Shown piece by piece: positions 18,102 to 26,834 of a DNA stretch of 64,000 bases; position 1 is the first letter of the stretch; every line of letters begins with the position of its first letter. Origin of the DNA: an uncultured Candidatus Saccharibacteria bacterium (lineage in GTDB: Bacteria > Patescibacteriota > Saccharimonadia > Saccharimonadales > JAGQNK01); the NCBI GenBank assembly GCA_964636355.1, contig CAZWRG010000002.1, positions 32,746 through 96,745 of the forward strand, in the 5' to 3' direction. The translations under genes and the position numbers were made by a program. The notes beneath the pieces are model-generated. The model ran no database searches. It saw only the letters and a program-made list of their open reading frames with translations, and had not been told where the DNA came from.

Positions 18102-19655
18102 ATGAGACAATTTAGCGAAGCGGGTGAAGCAAAGTTGCCAATTGATATGATTGGTGATGTGACAGCTCATTGGACGCATGCTGGCATACATAACGATCGG
18201 GAGTTTGAGGCGTGGGTTACCTTTGTTGCCGAGCGTGGAAAAAATATTAGTTCTATCGTTGCAAGCGAAAAAGTTCTACCGAGCCAAGTTGATGATCTAG
18301 CATTCATTAGTGATGCCTTGCGAATAATGCGCCCTGTAGCTATCCAGCAGATGCCACAATATGTTAAGCGAGACGATGAGTTTGGTTGGGCTCATGAGTA
18401 CGAAAAAATTGAAAACGAAGTTGTTCCACATATAAAGCGCGGTTCTGCAATCAAATCAGTTGTTGAAGGTGATAATTTTAGTGATGTAGAGCTTATAGAG
18501 ATTGTCGAAGCAGCCTATGCAAGCCGGGCACGCTATTTGGCAACAGGAGATAAGCAATCTTTTTGGGAGAATGAACGGCATTATGCTCATGAAAGGATTG
18601 GGCACTGGGACGAAGCTCAGCTACTTGAGCATATGATAACTGTTGGTCAGTACATAGATGAGACCCAAGGCATGAATGAGTATGAGAAGCGTATAAATGT
18701 AGTAATTTCTAATATGGCTCAATTATACGCTGATCATGGTTTAGTAGGTCGTTCTATCGCTATGTTTTCAATCTTGACCGACTTAGAAGAAGCGCGTTCA
18801 ACACTGACTGTCTTGTCCGACAGGATGCGAGAAAATCGTCAACAATATGGTGATGAGTATTATCAGCAGGATTATGCATATGCGATTGACTGCTTACGTG
18901 GTGATGACGAGCTCACAAATCTGTTTGTTTCAACGTTGCAAAATGCTACGATTCCGTTAATTGAGGGCGCGATGCGACGTTCTATTAGATCTTACGGACA
19001 ACACGAAGCCATTATTGAGTACTACGAAAATGCGAGAGATATAAAAGGTTTTGTAGAAGGTGGAGAGCCAGTACCTATGCCGTACAGAGACTTCAAGGAA
19101 AGGGTTATCCAACGTCTTGGCGAATACGACGAAGATGTAAGTTATGGCCTGCAGGCGGAGGTAGAGTTTGACGATTTAACATCCGAGGCACAGCTAGCTA
19201 TAGAGCGCCATCATAACGGGCGAAAAGAAATAGATGAAACTGACAAACTTAAAGAAATTGGACGCCTTATCTTTGGCCTGGGATACAGCTTGTTTGTTAA
19301 TCCCATAAACGATAAAGAACACTACATTCATCCAATTAGTAGTGATGTCGAGGAGCCAAGGGCAGCCTCTTCGGATGTCAAGGCTTTAGATGTAGAGCTG
19401 TTAGAAGAAACTTGGCTTGTCACTGAATATGACGGCGGATATACGCGCGCTCAGGGCTACTTACTTCGAGACATTATGCGGATAGCTCCCGAGGACGCAA
19501 ATGCATTTTGGTTTGCTGGTAACCAGAGACAGGTATTGGCACCGAACGATCAGCACATTACAGCGAAACCCAGCAATCACGATTCTGATGGATATACGTC
19601 AAGGTATGTGATAACTCCAATTTGTTTTTACAAAGCAAAAACAGGCGCTCTATAA
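18102..19655 (+). CDS. hypothetical protein, 517 aa, no recognisable domain
   Basis: Long uninterrupted ORF between the methyltransferase and recG. Acidic and helix-rich by eye, with no SD upstream. Confidence 0.55.
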   Translation: MRQFSEAGEAKLPIDMIGDVTAHWTHAGIHNDREFEAWVTFVAERGKNISSIVASEKVLPSQVDDLAFISDALRIMRPVAIQQMPQYVKRDDEFGWAHEYEKIENEVVPHIKRGSAIKSVVEGDNFSDVELIEIVEAAYASRARYLATGDKQSFWENERHYAHERIGHWDEAQLLEHMITVGQYIDETQGMNEYEKRINVVISNMAQLYADHGLVGRSIAMFSILTDLEEARSTLTVLSDRMRENRQQYGDEYYQQDYAYAIDCLRGDDELTNLFVSTLQNATIPLIEGAMRRSIRSYGQHEAIIEYYENARDIKGFVEGGEPVPMPYRDFKERVIQRLGEYDEDVSYGLQAEVEFDDLTSEAQLAIERHHNGRKEIDETDKLKEIGRLIFGLGYSLFVNPINDKEHYIHPISSDVEEPRAASSDVKALDVELLEETWLVTEYDGGYTRAQGYLLRDIMRIAPEDANAFWFAGNQRQVLAPNDQHITAKPSNHDSDGYTSRYVITPICFYKAKTGAL

Positions 19656-19673
19656 ATAGCCTATACTAACAAT

Positions 19674-21710
19674 GTGATAGTTGATGAATCGTTAAGCAGT
19701 ATAAGGGGTGTGGGGCCGGCTTTGGCTGCCAAATTCAAGACTTTGGGTCTTAGTTCGGTTGGGGATTTAATTAATTATTATCCGCGGCGATATGATGATT
19801 ATTCTGAAGTTCAGCCGATTAAAAGCATCAAACCCGGGCCAGTTACCATAAAAGTGACAATTAAGCAGGCGAAGGGTCGTTATGTACGGCGTGGCATGCA
19901 CATTACCGAGGCGGTGGCTAGTGACTCCACGGGCAGTGTTAAGCTGGTTTGGTTTAACCAACCGTATCGGGCGGCGGCGCTTAAAAGTGAGGCTGAATAT
20001 TACGTATCTGGTGATTTTGCACTTAAAGCTAATCAGTTTAGCATTCAAAATCCGTCAGTCGAGCTGGTCAGTGAGTTTCCAGTAAGTACCGCCCGGATCG
20101 TGCCAATTTATAAAGAAACCAAAGGCTTGAAATCAGCCCAAATTCGTAAAACATTAAAAAATTGCATGCCAGCAATTCGTCAGCTGCCCGAAACATTGCC
20201 GGACTGGGTTATCGAAGATAATTCGCTGGTAGGCTTTAGTGAGGCGCTAAAGACAATCCACTTTCCACCCAGTTCTGAGGTCTTAAAATCTGCCAAAAAA
20301 CGGATTGGTTTTGAAGAAGTTTTTTCACTGGCTTTGTCGTCGCTGATAAATAAAAATGAATTGCTGCATGAACCAGCCCTTAAGATTGAATTTGATCAAC
20401 AGCTAGCTAAGGATTTTGTTAAAAAACTGCCATTTAAATTAACTGATTCGCAGCGCAAAGCTATCTGGCAAATCTATCTTGATATGGAAAAAGCTACGCC
20501 GATGAACCGATTATTAGAAGGCGACGTTGGCTCTGGTAAAACGGTGGTGGCTGTGATGGCGGCACTGATGGCTATGAACCGTGGTTTTCAGGTGGCTTTT
20601 ATGGCGCCTACTGAGATTTTGGCTCGTCAGCACGCTGAGACAATTTATAAATTACTGGAGCCGCTTGGCAGAGAAAAAGAAGTCACCCTGCTTGTCGGTG
20701 GCCTTAAGCCAAAAGCTAAAAGCCGTGCTCAGGATAATATTGCCAGCGGCAAAGCATTATTCATTGTTGGCACCCATGCTCTTTTGCAGGAAAAAGTGAG
20801 TTTTAAAAATCTCAATTTAGTGATTATTGACGAGCAGCACCGGTTTGGTGTCGAGCAACGCAAGCAGCTTCAAAAAATTACCGGACACATTCCGCACATG
20901 TTAAATATGACCGCCACGCCGATCCCCAGAAGTCTGGCGCTGACTTTATATGGAGAAATGGACATTACAATTATAGATGCCAAACCAGTTGGCCGAAAGC
21001 CGATAAAAACCAAAATTGTTTCACCAAATTCGCGGGCCCAGCTTTATAAAAAAATTGACCAGCAGCTGGCGATGGGTCGTCAAATGTTCGTGGTCACATC
21101 GCTGATTTCCACCTCTGATGTAGTGCCAGCTAAATCGGCCGATGAGGTTTATCAGGAACTTAGTTTAAAGTATTTCAAGCACCGCCGAGTGGGGCTTTTG
21201 CACGGCAAGTTAAAACCCGAGCAAAAAGACCATGTAATGCAACAATTTATGAATCATCAGCTTGATATTTTGGTTTCTACAACCGTAATCGAGGTTGGCG
21301 TTGACGTCCCAAATGCCACCGTCATGATTATTGAAAACGCTGAACGATTTGGCTTGGCACAGGTTCATCAACTTCGCGGCCGGGTTGGGCGCAGCGATCA
21401 TCAGGGTTATTGTTATTTAATGTTGAGCAATTCTAAGCCGCCAAGCCGCCGGCTTCGAGCGCTGGAACAATCTAACGATGGATTTTCTTTAGCGGAGTTG
21501 GATTTGGAAATTCGCGGCCCGGGAGCTATTTATGGAGTGTCTCAACATGGCCAGCTGGATCTCAGGATGGCTAAATTAACCGATGTTAAACTCATCCAGC
21601 AAGCCAAGAACGCCGCCGAGAAGTTTATTAGTAGCCAGGAAAAACTGGTAAAATATAAGCAATTACGGTCCAGAGTTAAAAAGCTTCGGGCAATTACAGT
21701 GTTAAATTAA
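19674..21710 (+). CDS. recG: ATP-dependent DNA helicase RecG
   Basis: Wedge-domain region plus helicase motifs GDVGSGKT, DEQHRFG and QLRGRVGR. Confidence 0.9.
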   Translation: MIVDESLSSIRGVGPALAAKFKTLGLSSVGDLINYYPRRYDDYSEVQPIKSIKPGPVTIKVTIKQAKGRYVRRGMHITEAVASDSTGSVKLVWFNQPYRAAALKSEAEYYVSGDFALKANQFSIQNPSVELVSEFPVSTARIVPIYKETKGLKSAQIRKTLKNCMPAIRQLPETLPDWVIEDNSLVGFSEALKTIHFPPSSEVLKSAKKRIGFEEVFSLALSSLINKNELLHEPALKIEFDQQLAKDFVKKLPFKLTDSQRKAIWQIYLDMEKATPMNRLLEGDVGSGKTVVAVMAALMAMNRGFQVAFMAPTEILARQHAETIYKLLEPLGREKEVTLLVGGLKPKAKSRAQDNIASGKALFIVGTHALLQEKVSFKNLNLVIIDEQHRFGVEQRKQLQKITGHIPHMLNMTATPIPRSLALTLYGEMDITIIDAKPVGRKPIKTKIVSPNSRAQLYKKIDQQLAMGRQMFVVTSLISTSDVVPAKSADEVYQELSLKYFKHRRVGLLHGKLKPEQKDHVMQQFMNHQLDILVSTTVIEVGVDVPNATVMIIENAERFGLAQVHQLRGRVGRSDHQGYCYLMLSNSKPPSRRLRALEQSNDGFSLAELDLEIRGPGAIYGVSQHGQLDLRMAKLTDVKLIQQAKNAAEKFISSQEKLVKYKQLRSRVKKLRAITVLN

Positions 21711-21767
21711 ATCGCAGAGGAACCCCCAAAGACATGGACTACATCAGATCAAGTCAGAAAATTTATT

Positions 21768-22649
21768 ATGTATAGCGGCACAACTCTTACTAGATATTCC
21801 GGACGGGTTATTGGCGGTCACCAAAAAATCGATCGCATTGCCCGGAGGCACCTTGGAAAACTTATTCCAAGGGACGTTGCTTTTCCAACTAGTCGTCAGA
21901 TTTTATATTTTGAAGGCAAAAACGGCCCCGATGCAATTAAGCGAAAAAGCCCCGCCAAGGATGAGCTGTGGCATTATTACGACCCGTTTGATGAAAACGA
22001 CACGCGTATTTTTGAAATAATTGATGATCATTTCGAGCAGCTGGTTAAGGAAATTAAAGCCGGCAACACCGAGCGTGTAGCGTTTGAAGCGGCGTGGCTG
22101 TCGCATGCCATTGTTGATGGTTTAACTCCAGCTCATCATTATCCCTACGAAGAGGAATTAACTCAGCTCCGCGGCGGTGAGGGTATCGAAACCCGAACTT
22201 CTCTCAAGCAAAAAATCATTATGCCTGGCATAAACAAGCGTCAAATCATGTCTAATAACTGGAAAATGTGGGGGCCCAAAGGCCTGATGTCAACTCACGC
22301 GCTGTTTGAAATGGGCGTCGCTGGCATAATCGCGCCGCTGACTTTTAGTGACACCGTTCCAAGACGTTCAGAAATCAAAACCATACAAGAAATTGGTGTA
22401 GTTGAATATTTTAAGCGAACGGCTCGTGAAATAGCAGTACTTGATATCTATCATCGTTATCATAAAAAGGGCTGGACGCCCAAGTTGGTTTACGAAGTCC
22501 GCCATCGGCTCGGTCCGTTAATTATAAGTTGTGTCACATTAGCTTGGTACCTGGCGCTAGTTGAAGCAAAAGTAATCGATAAAAATTATTATGAGAATCA
22601 TATCCGGAAGCCTCGGCGGAAGAACCTTCCAAAGTCCCAAAACATATAA
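21768..22649 (+). CDS. hypothetical His-rich protein (weak resemblance to zinc-dependent phospholipase C / S1-P1 nuclease-like folds)
   Basis: GGHQKIDRIARRHL and WLSHAIVDGLTPAHH motifs. The 3' end overlaps rsmD by 59 nt, so the true stop or start is uncertain. Confidence 0.45.
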   Translation: MYSGTTLTRYSGRVIGGHQKIDRIARRHLGKLIPRDVAFPTSRQILYFEGKNGPDAIKRKSPAKDELWHYYDPFDENDTRIFEIIDDHFEQLVKEIKAGNTERVAFEAAWLSHAIVDGLTPAHHYPYEEELTQLRGGEGIETRTSLKQKIIMPGINKRQIMSNNWKMWGPKGLMSTHALFEMGVAGIIAPLTFSDTVPRRSEIKTIQEIGVVEYFKRTAREIAVLDIYHRYHKKGWTPKLVYEVRHRLGPLIISCVTLAWYLALVEAKVIDKNYYENHIRKPRRKNLPKSQNI

Positions 22650-23124
22650 CACCCACCCGATGAGCGATAAAATTCGCGGCGCGATTTTTAATATGCTGGG
22701 TGATATTAGTGGGTTGAGTGTTTTGGACAGTTTTTCGGGTAGCGGGGCGATTGGGTTTGAGGCAATTAGTCGCGGCGCAAGCTCGGCACTGTTAGTCGAG
22801 ATTGATAAAACCGCTTTTCAAACCATCAAACAAAACATCAAGGCACTTGATCTTGAAGATCAAGTTCAGACGATACGCGGAAACATTAAGGGTTGGTCAA
22901 ATAATAATCCAGATAAAAAATTTGATATCGTAGTTTGCGATCCGCCGTATGACGCCGTTTTAGAGCAGTTGATTCATAAAATTTCACGGCATGTGAGCAG
23001 TGAGGGACTGTTGGTTTTATCATGGCCCAGCAAAGAGCCTACCCCTGTTATTCCACTGATGGAGCTGTTGCGCCACAAAACTTATGGCAATGCCACTCTG
23101 TTCATTTACAAAAAAACAGGGTAA
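22591..23124 (+). CDS. rsmD: 16S rRNA (guanine966-N2)-methyltransferase RsmD
   Basis: MRIISGSLGGRTF..P.....HPMSDKIRGAIFN, LDSFSGSGAIGFEAISRGA and the DPPY motif. Confidence 0.85.
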   Translation: MRIISGSLGGRTFQSPKTYNTHPMSDKIRGAIFNMLGDISGLSVLDSFSGSGAIGFEAISRGASSALLVEIDKTAFQTIKQNIKALDLEDQVQTIRGNIKGWSNNNPDKKFDIVVCDPPYDAVLEQLIHKISRHVSSEGLLVLSWPSKEPTPVIPLMELLRHKTYGNATLFIYKKTG

Positions 23125-23171
23125 AATAGTTTTTGTTTCAATAACCTGAAGCAACTGTTTAACAATCATAT

Positions 23172-23205
23172 GCGCGAGTGGTGAAATTGGTAGACACGCA
23201 TGCTT
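23172..23205 (+). pseudogene. tRNA-Leu-like 5' half fragment (acceptor + D arm + 5' anticodon stem only)
   Basis: gcgcgagtggtgaaattggtagacacgcatgctt closely parallels 23314-23347 of the intact tRNA-Leu (tggtgRaattggtagacacgcatgc). No matching anticodon stem, T arm or acceptor 3' strand follows. Confidence 0.45.
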
Positions 23206-23313
23206 ATAGTAGAATTCGAGCACGTGCCGCCGGCACATCGTACATTTTTAAGTTATATTACTGTATGGGGATGTAATGAATTGGTAGAGTCCCTCACAGT
23301 TTAAATCCTGGAT

Positions 23314-23398
23314 GCCGGAATGGTGGAATTGGTAGACACGCATGCCTTAGGAGCATGTGCCGCAAGGCGTGGAGGTTCAAGTCCTCTTTCCGGCACCA
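23314..23398 (+). tRNA. tRNA-Leu (anticodon UAG), CCA encoded
   Basis: Acceptor gccggaa/ttccggc, D loop aattggtaga, anticodon stem catgc/gcatg with loop cttagga, long variable arm, T arm ggagg-ttcaagt-cctct, then A-CCA. Confidence 0.9.
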
Positions 23399-23440
23399 AT
23401 TAGACCCAAATGATTTTCTAACAGTATAGTTTCAAACATT

Positions 23441-23797
23441 ATGAAGGATTTGGCACCACAGCTTACTCGCCAACGTCTACTTATTGAAGCTAAGTATGAC
23501 CGTGAGCTGAATCAAGCAGACATTAAGTCTTTTCTATTAGGCGTGGCTGAAAAACTAAATCTACGAATCTATGGTGACCCAATCATTCATTCGCCAAGCG
23601 GTGAAGGAAAAGATGAAAATCAAGGCTTTGATGCATTCGTACCTTTGATTGACTCAGGTATTTCATTATACGTTTGGACTAACGCAAAATTTCTGTCAGC
23701 TGTACTTTATACTTGTAAAGAGTTTTCTGTTGCTGATGCAGTTGAGTTTACAAAAAAATTCTTCAATACCTCAGAATTGGAACAACTAGAATTTTAG
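23441..23797 (+). CDS. small S-adenosylmethionine decarboxylase (SpeH/SpeD class 1)-like protein, divergent
   Basis: GFDAFVPLIDSGISLYVWTNAKFLSAVLYTCKE aligns by eye to the [33 protein letters not shown] core. The ES-H processing site reads DS-G, and the downstream His is Tyr. Confidence 0.5.
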   Translation: MKDLAPQLTRQRLLIEAKYDRELNQADIKSFLLGVAEKLNLRIYGDPIIHSPSGEGKDENQGFDAFVPLIDSGISLYVWTNAKFLSAVLYTCKEFSVADAVEFTKKFFNTSELEQLEF

Positions 23798-23963
23798 TCA
23801 AGTAGATTACCAGTGAGGTTAAATTTATTGACTAGCTGCTGTAGTTTATAATCGTTCACAGCATCGATAGCTGATGTTTGAAATGCGTCAACTATGTTGC
23901 ACCAAGATTTATACTGCGGGGCCCGCATATTCTCGTAGCAAGGTCCGCCTGCTACAGGACAGG

Positions 23964-24003
23964 CTTAGGAGCATGTGCCGCAAGGCGTGGAGGTTCAAGT
24001 CCT
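23964..24003 (+). repeat. 40-nt exact direct repeat of the 3' part of tRNA-Leu (anticodon loop to T arm)
   Basis: cttaggagcatgtgccgcaaggcgtggaggttcaagtcct is identical to 23346-23385. No complementary 5' half lies upstream, so it is not a tRNA gene. Confidence 0.9.
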
Positions 24004-24022
24004 TACACCCCACCAAACAATG

Positions 24023-24047
24023 AGCCCAGTGAATGCTGGGCTTTTTG
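24023..24047 (+). terminator. intrinsic terminator
   Basis: agcccag (24023-24029) pairs with ctgggct (24036-24042), followed by ttttt. Confidence 0.7.
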
Positions 24048-24163
24048 TATGGTTTGAAATCAAAATCATCTTTAGTATGGTGTGGGCTTGTTGTTTGAGG
24101 GGTTTGTAAAGTAGTTCACAAAATATATTTGTAGTATATACAAAAGGTGATAAAATAATTTTC

Positions 24164-24928
24164 ATGAACGAGAAACTTACACCTACTCAAATTGTTGATT
24201 TTGTAGAACATGATCCTATAGATTTACCAATATCAGATGCTGCGCTTCAAGTTGAAGTAGCTGAAAGGCGTGACATGATATTAAGTGCCATGGCTGATAG
24301 AGCACTAGATATTGCTACCGATCCTGCCAGTACACAGCGGGACGCCGGCCAGGCGACAGCAATATATAGCCAAATAGCAGAATTTCATCAGCCAAACAAT
24401 GAAAGTATGCCAACCTTTGAATCCCGCGTAGCCACCGCCAAACAAGCCCTCGCCGAGCGTTATAGTAAATCAGAAGAAGACTTTGAATTGATTTCGTGGC
24501 AAAACGAAGACGGTGAAACCGAGCATTCAGTTGTGTATGCAGCTTTGTCGGGAATTGATCTGGGTGACCCAGAGAAAGATTATGACGAAAAGCGTAGCTT
24601 CGATAGCCTAATGGCTGACGACACCCACTTCATAGAAATAAACGGCGAGCGGGTTGATACTCGTACTCTTACCGAGGCAGGCTATCGAGCCTTTATTAAA
24701 GCAGCTCAAGAAAAAGGCATTAGCCCATTACCAGATAGTGAGGCCCTGCGAGACGAAGAGAACGAAGGTGTTTGGACAGCCACCTGGCTACCAGGCGAAG
24801 AGGCGGACGGTTCGGACGCTCGGTGTGGTGACGTCAACGTCGGTCGGGCGCGCGTGATCTGGGTTTATCGTGACGGCGGCGGCCGTGCTATGCGGTTGCG
24901 CCCCGCAGTGATGATCAAAAAAGATTAA
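24164..24928 (+). CDS. hypothetical acidic protein, 254 aa
   Basis: Uninterrupted ORF with no recognised motif. C-terminus is Arg/Gly-rich (VGRARVIWVYRDGGGRAMRLRP). Confidence 0.5.
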   Translation: MNEKLTPTQIVDFVEHDPIDLPISDAALQVEVAERRDMILSAMADRALDIATDPASTQRDAGQATAIYSQIAEFHQPNNESMPTFESRVATAKQALAERYSKSEEDFELISWQNEDGETEHSVVYAALSGIDLGDPEKDYDEKRSFDSLMADDTHFIEINGERVDTRTLTEAGYRAFIKAAQEKGISPLPDSEALRDEENEGVWTATWLPGEEADGSDARCGDVNVGRARVIWVYRDGGGRAMRLRPAVMIKKD

Positions 24929-25042
24929 TCTTTTAAAACTTTTCCTTTTTCCCTCTTTTACATTTTTTATATTTAACATCTCGCATAATTTCAACCAGCG
25001 CAGTACAAACCCAAACCCAAGTAAGTTATAATGGTTTAAATC

Positions 25043-26347
25043 ATGGCCTTATCAACACAACCTTATAAAGGCGCGCGGGATTTTTATCCGGAGGATAAGC
25101 GCATTCAAAAATACATGTTTGGCGTTATGCGTGACGTGGTTGAGGCGTTTGGCTACGAAGAATACGATGCTCCAATCTTAGAGCCCACCGAACTCTATGC
25201 CGGCAAAACCAGCGAAGAAATCGTTAACGAACAAACCTATACTTTTAATGACCGCGGCGACAGAAGCGTTACTATCCGGACCGAAATGACTCCAAGCGTC
25301 AGCCGGATGGTGGCCGCCAAAAGGCAAGAACTGGCTTATCCGCTGCGCTGGTATTCGATTCCAAATTTGTGGCGTTATGAGAGGCCGCAGCGTGGGCGTC
25401 TGCGTGAGTTTTGGCAGCTGAATGTTGACCTTTTTGGGGTGGCTGGCGTTGAGGCTGATCACGAAGCTATATTAGTGGCCGATAGAATCATGCAGGCTTT
25501 TGGCGCCAAGCGCAGTATGTATACAGTCAAACTCAACAGCCGCAAGCTCATGGACAGTCTGTTTAGCGACGTCTTAAAGTTGGACGCCACTCAAAGCAAA
25601 ACCATGGCTCAGCTGATTGATAAAATGCAAAAACTGGAATACGCCGAATTTGCTGCTAAGCTTGACGCTATTTTTCGGCCAGATCAAAGAGAGGCTGGTG
25701 AACCGGAGCTGCTGCTTGAGTTTTTAAAGTGCAGGGATTTTAAAGATCTGCCGGCTCAGATAAGTTCCCATCCTTCGGCTTTGGAGTTGCAAAAACTGAT
25801 GTCGATGTTTGATCAGGCTGGAATTTCCAATGTTGAGTTTGATGTTTCGTTGATGCGCGGATTTGATTATTATACCGATATCGTTTTTGAGGTTTTTGAT
25901 ACTCATCCGGAGAACAATCGGTCACTGTTTGGCGGCGGCCGTTATGACGGACTGGTTGGCTTGTTCGGAGTTGAGCCGGTGCCGACAGTTGGTTTTGGGA
26001 TGGGTGATGTGCCGCTTAAAAACTTCTTAGAAACGCACGAGCTTATGCCAAAACTGGAGCCAGAGACCGATGTTTACGTGATTTTAATTGGCGACGTTTA
26101 TGAGCGGGCGCAACCAGTGCTTAGCGATCTTCGAAATATGGGCGTCAAGCTGGCGGTAGACATTAGCGGCCGAAAGCCTGATAAACAAATTAAAACAGCT
26201 GTTAAAAAGGGCATTCATTACGCCCTGTTCATCGGCGAAAATGAGCTGACTGACGAACAGTTTGTGCTTAAAAATTTACTGACTTCTGAAGAGGAAAAAC
26301 ACGGCCTGGAGCGACTTGTCAGTATCATTAAAGATTATCGGAAGTAA
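25043..26347 (+). CDS. hisS: histidyl-tRNA synthetase
   Basis: Class II motifs (RWYSIPNLWRYERPQRGRLREFWQ, GGGRYDGL) and an anticodon-binding C-terminal domain. Confidence 0.9.
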   Translation: MALSTQPYKGARDFYPEDKRIQKYMFGVMRDVVEAFGYEEYDAPILEPTELYAGKTSEEIVNEQTYTFNDRGDRSVTIRTEMTPSVSRMVAAKRQELAYPLRWYSIPNLWRYERPQRGRLREFWQLNVDLFGVAGVEADHEAILVADRIMQAFGAKRSMYTVKLNSRKLMDSLFSDVLKLDATQSKTMAQLIDKMQKLEYAEFAAKLDAIFRPDQREAGEPELLLEFLKCRDFKDLPAQISSHPSALELQKLMSMFDQAGISNVEFDVSLMRGFDYYTDIVFEVFDTHPENNRSLFGGGRYDGLVGLFGVEPVPTVGFGMGDVPLKNFLETHELMPKLEPETDVYVILIGDVYERAQPVLSDLRNMGVKLAVDISGRKPDKQIKTAVKKGIHYALFIGENELTDEQFVLKNLLTSEEEKHGLERLVSIIKDYRK

Positions 26348-26350
26348 TTT

Positions 26351-26791
26351 GTGCGAGCTGTAAATCACACCGTTACCGGGGCAGTTATTGGCGCGGCAGT
26401 GGCTAACCCAATTTTAGCCGTTACTGCGGCGCTGTTGTCTCATTTGGTGCTTGATATAATTCCTCACTCTAGTGGTCCTGATAAAAAATCAAAAGCTTTT
26501 TTGTATCATCTAGTAATTGATGCAGCCATGGCGGCGGCGTTTTTGATGTTTTTGGTACTTTCGGGAATTCCCAATTGGCAGCTATTGACAGTCTGCGGAA
26601 TTATAGCGGCCAGTCCAGACTTACTATGGTTTCGGCATTGGTTATCGGAACTTAAAAATAAACCTGTCAAATACAATAAGTTGGAAGAATTCTTAGCCCG
26701 AATCCAGTGGTGTGAAAGGCCCTGGGGAATTTATATTGAGGCGGTGTGGTTGGTGCTGTCGCTGGCAGTGTTTTTTGCAATTACATCTTAA
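26351..26791 (+). CDS. small membrane protein, YdjM/DUF457-like (GTG start)
   Basis: N-terminal HTVTGAVIGAAV...SHLVLDIIPH pattern and 4 hydrophobic segments. Confidence 0.45.
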   Translation: MRAVNHTVTGAVIGAAVANPILAVTAALLSHLVLDIIPHSSGPDKKSKAFLYHLVIDAAMAAAFLMFLVLSGIPNWQLLTVCGIIAASPDLLWFRHWLSELKNKPVKYNKLEEFLARIQWCERPWGIYIEAVWLVLSLAVFFAITS

Positions 26792-26834
26792 AAACTGTGG
26801 AAAATTATAGTCTAATCTGTTAGCATGGATAACC

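Noticed and set aside
22591-22649. The 59-nt overlap between the His-rich ORF and rsmD as a programmed frameshift or fusion
   Set aside because: rsmD has a canonical N-terminus (MRIISGSLGGR) at 22591. The overlap is more simply explained by an over-extended tail of the upstream ORF. There is no slippery heptamer at the junction.
23172-23313. tRNA-Leu interrupted by a group I intron (as in cyanobacterial tRNA-Leu UAA)
   Set aside because: Only ~140 nt are available. No 3' exon is present: there is no gcatg anticodon-stem partner, no GTTCRAnnC T arm and no ctcgcgc acceptor strand. It is best read as a 5'-half fragment.
23794-23928. 44-codon minus-strand ORF (MRAPQYKSWCNIVDAF...) convergent with the AdoMetDC-like gene
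   Set aside because: It is too short, has no SD and no recognisable motif (in particular no integrase signature). It is mentioned only as content of the repeat-bounded segment.
23930-24013. Second tRNA-Leu gene
   Set aside because: The 3' 40 nt are identical to the real tRNA. However, the upstream sequence cannot form the anticodon stem, D arm or acceptor stem, so it is treated as a repeat or att-like remnant.
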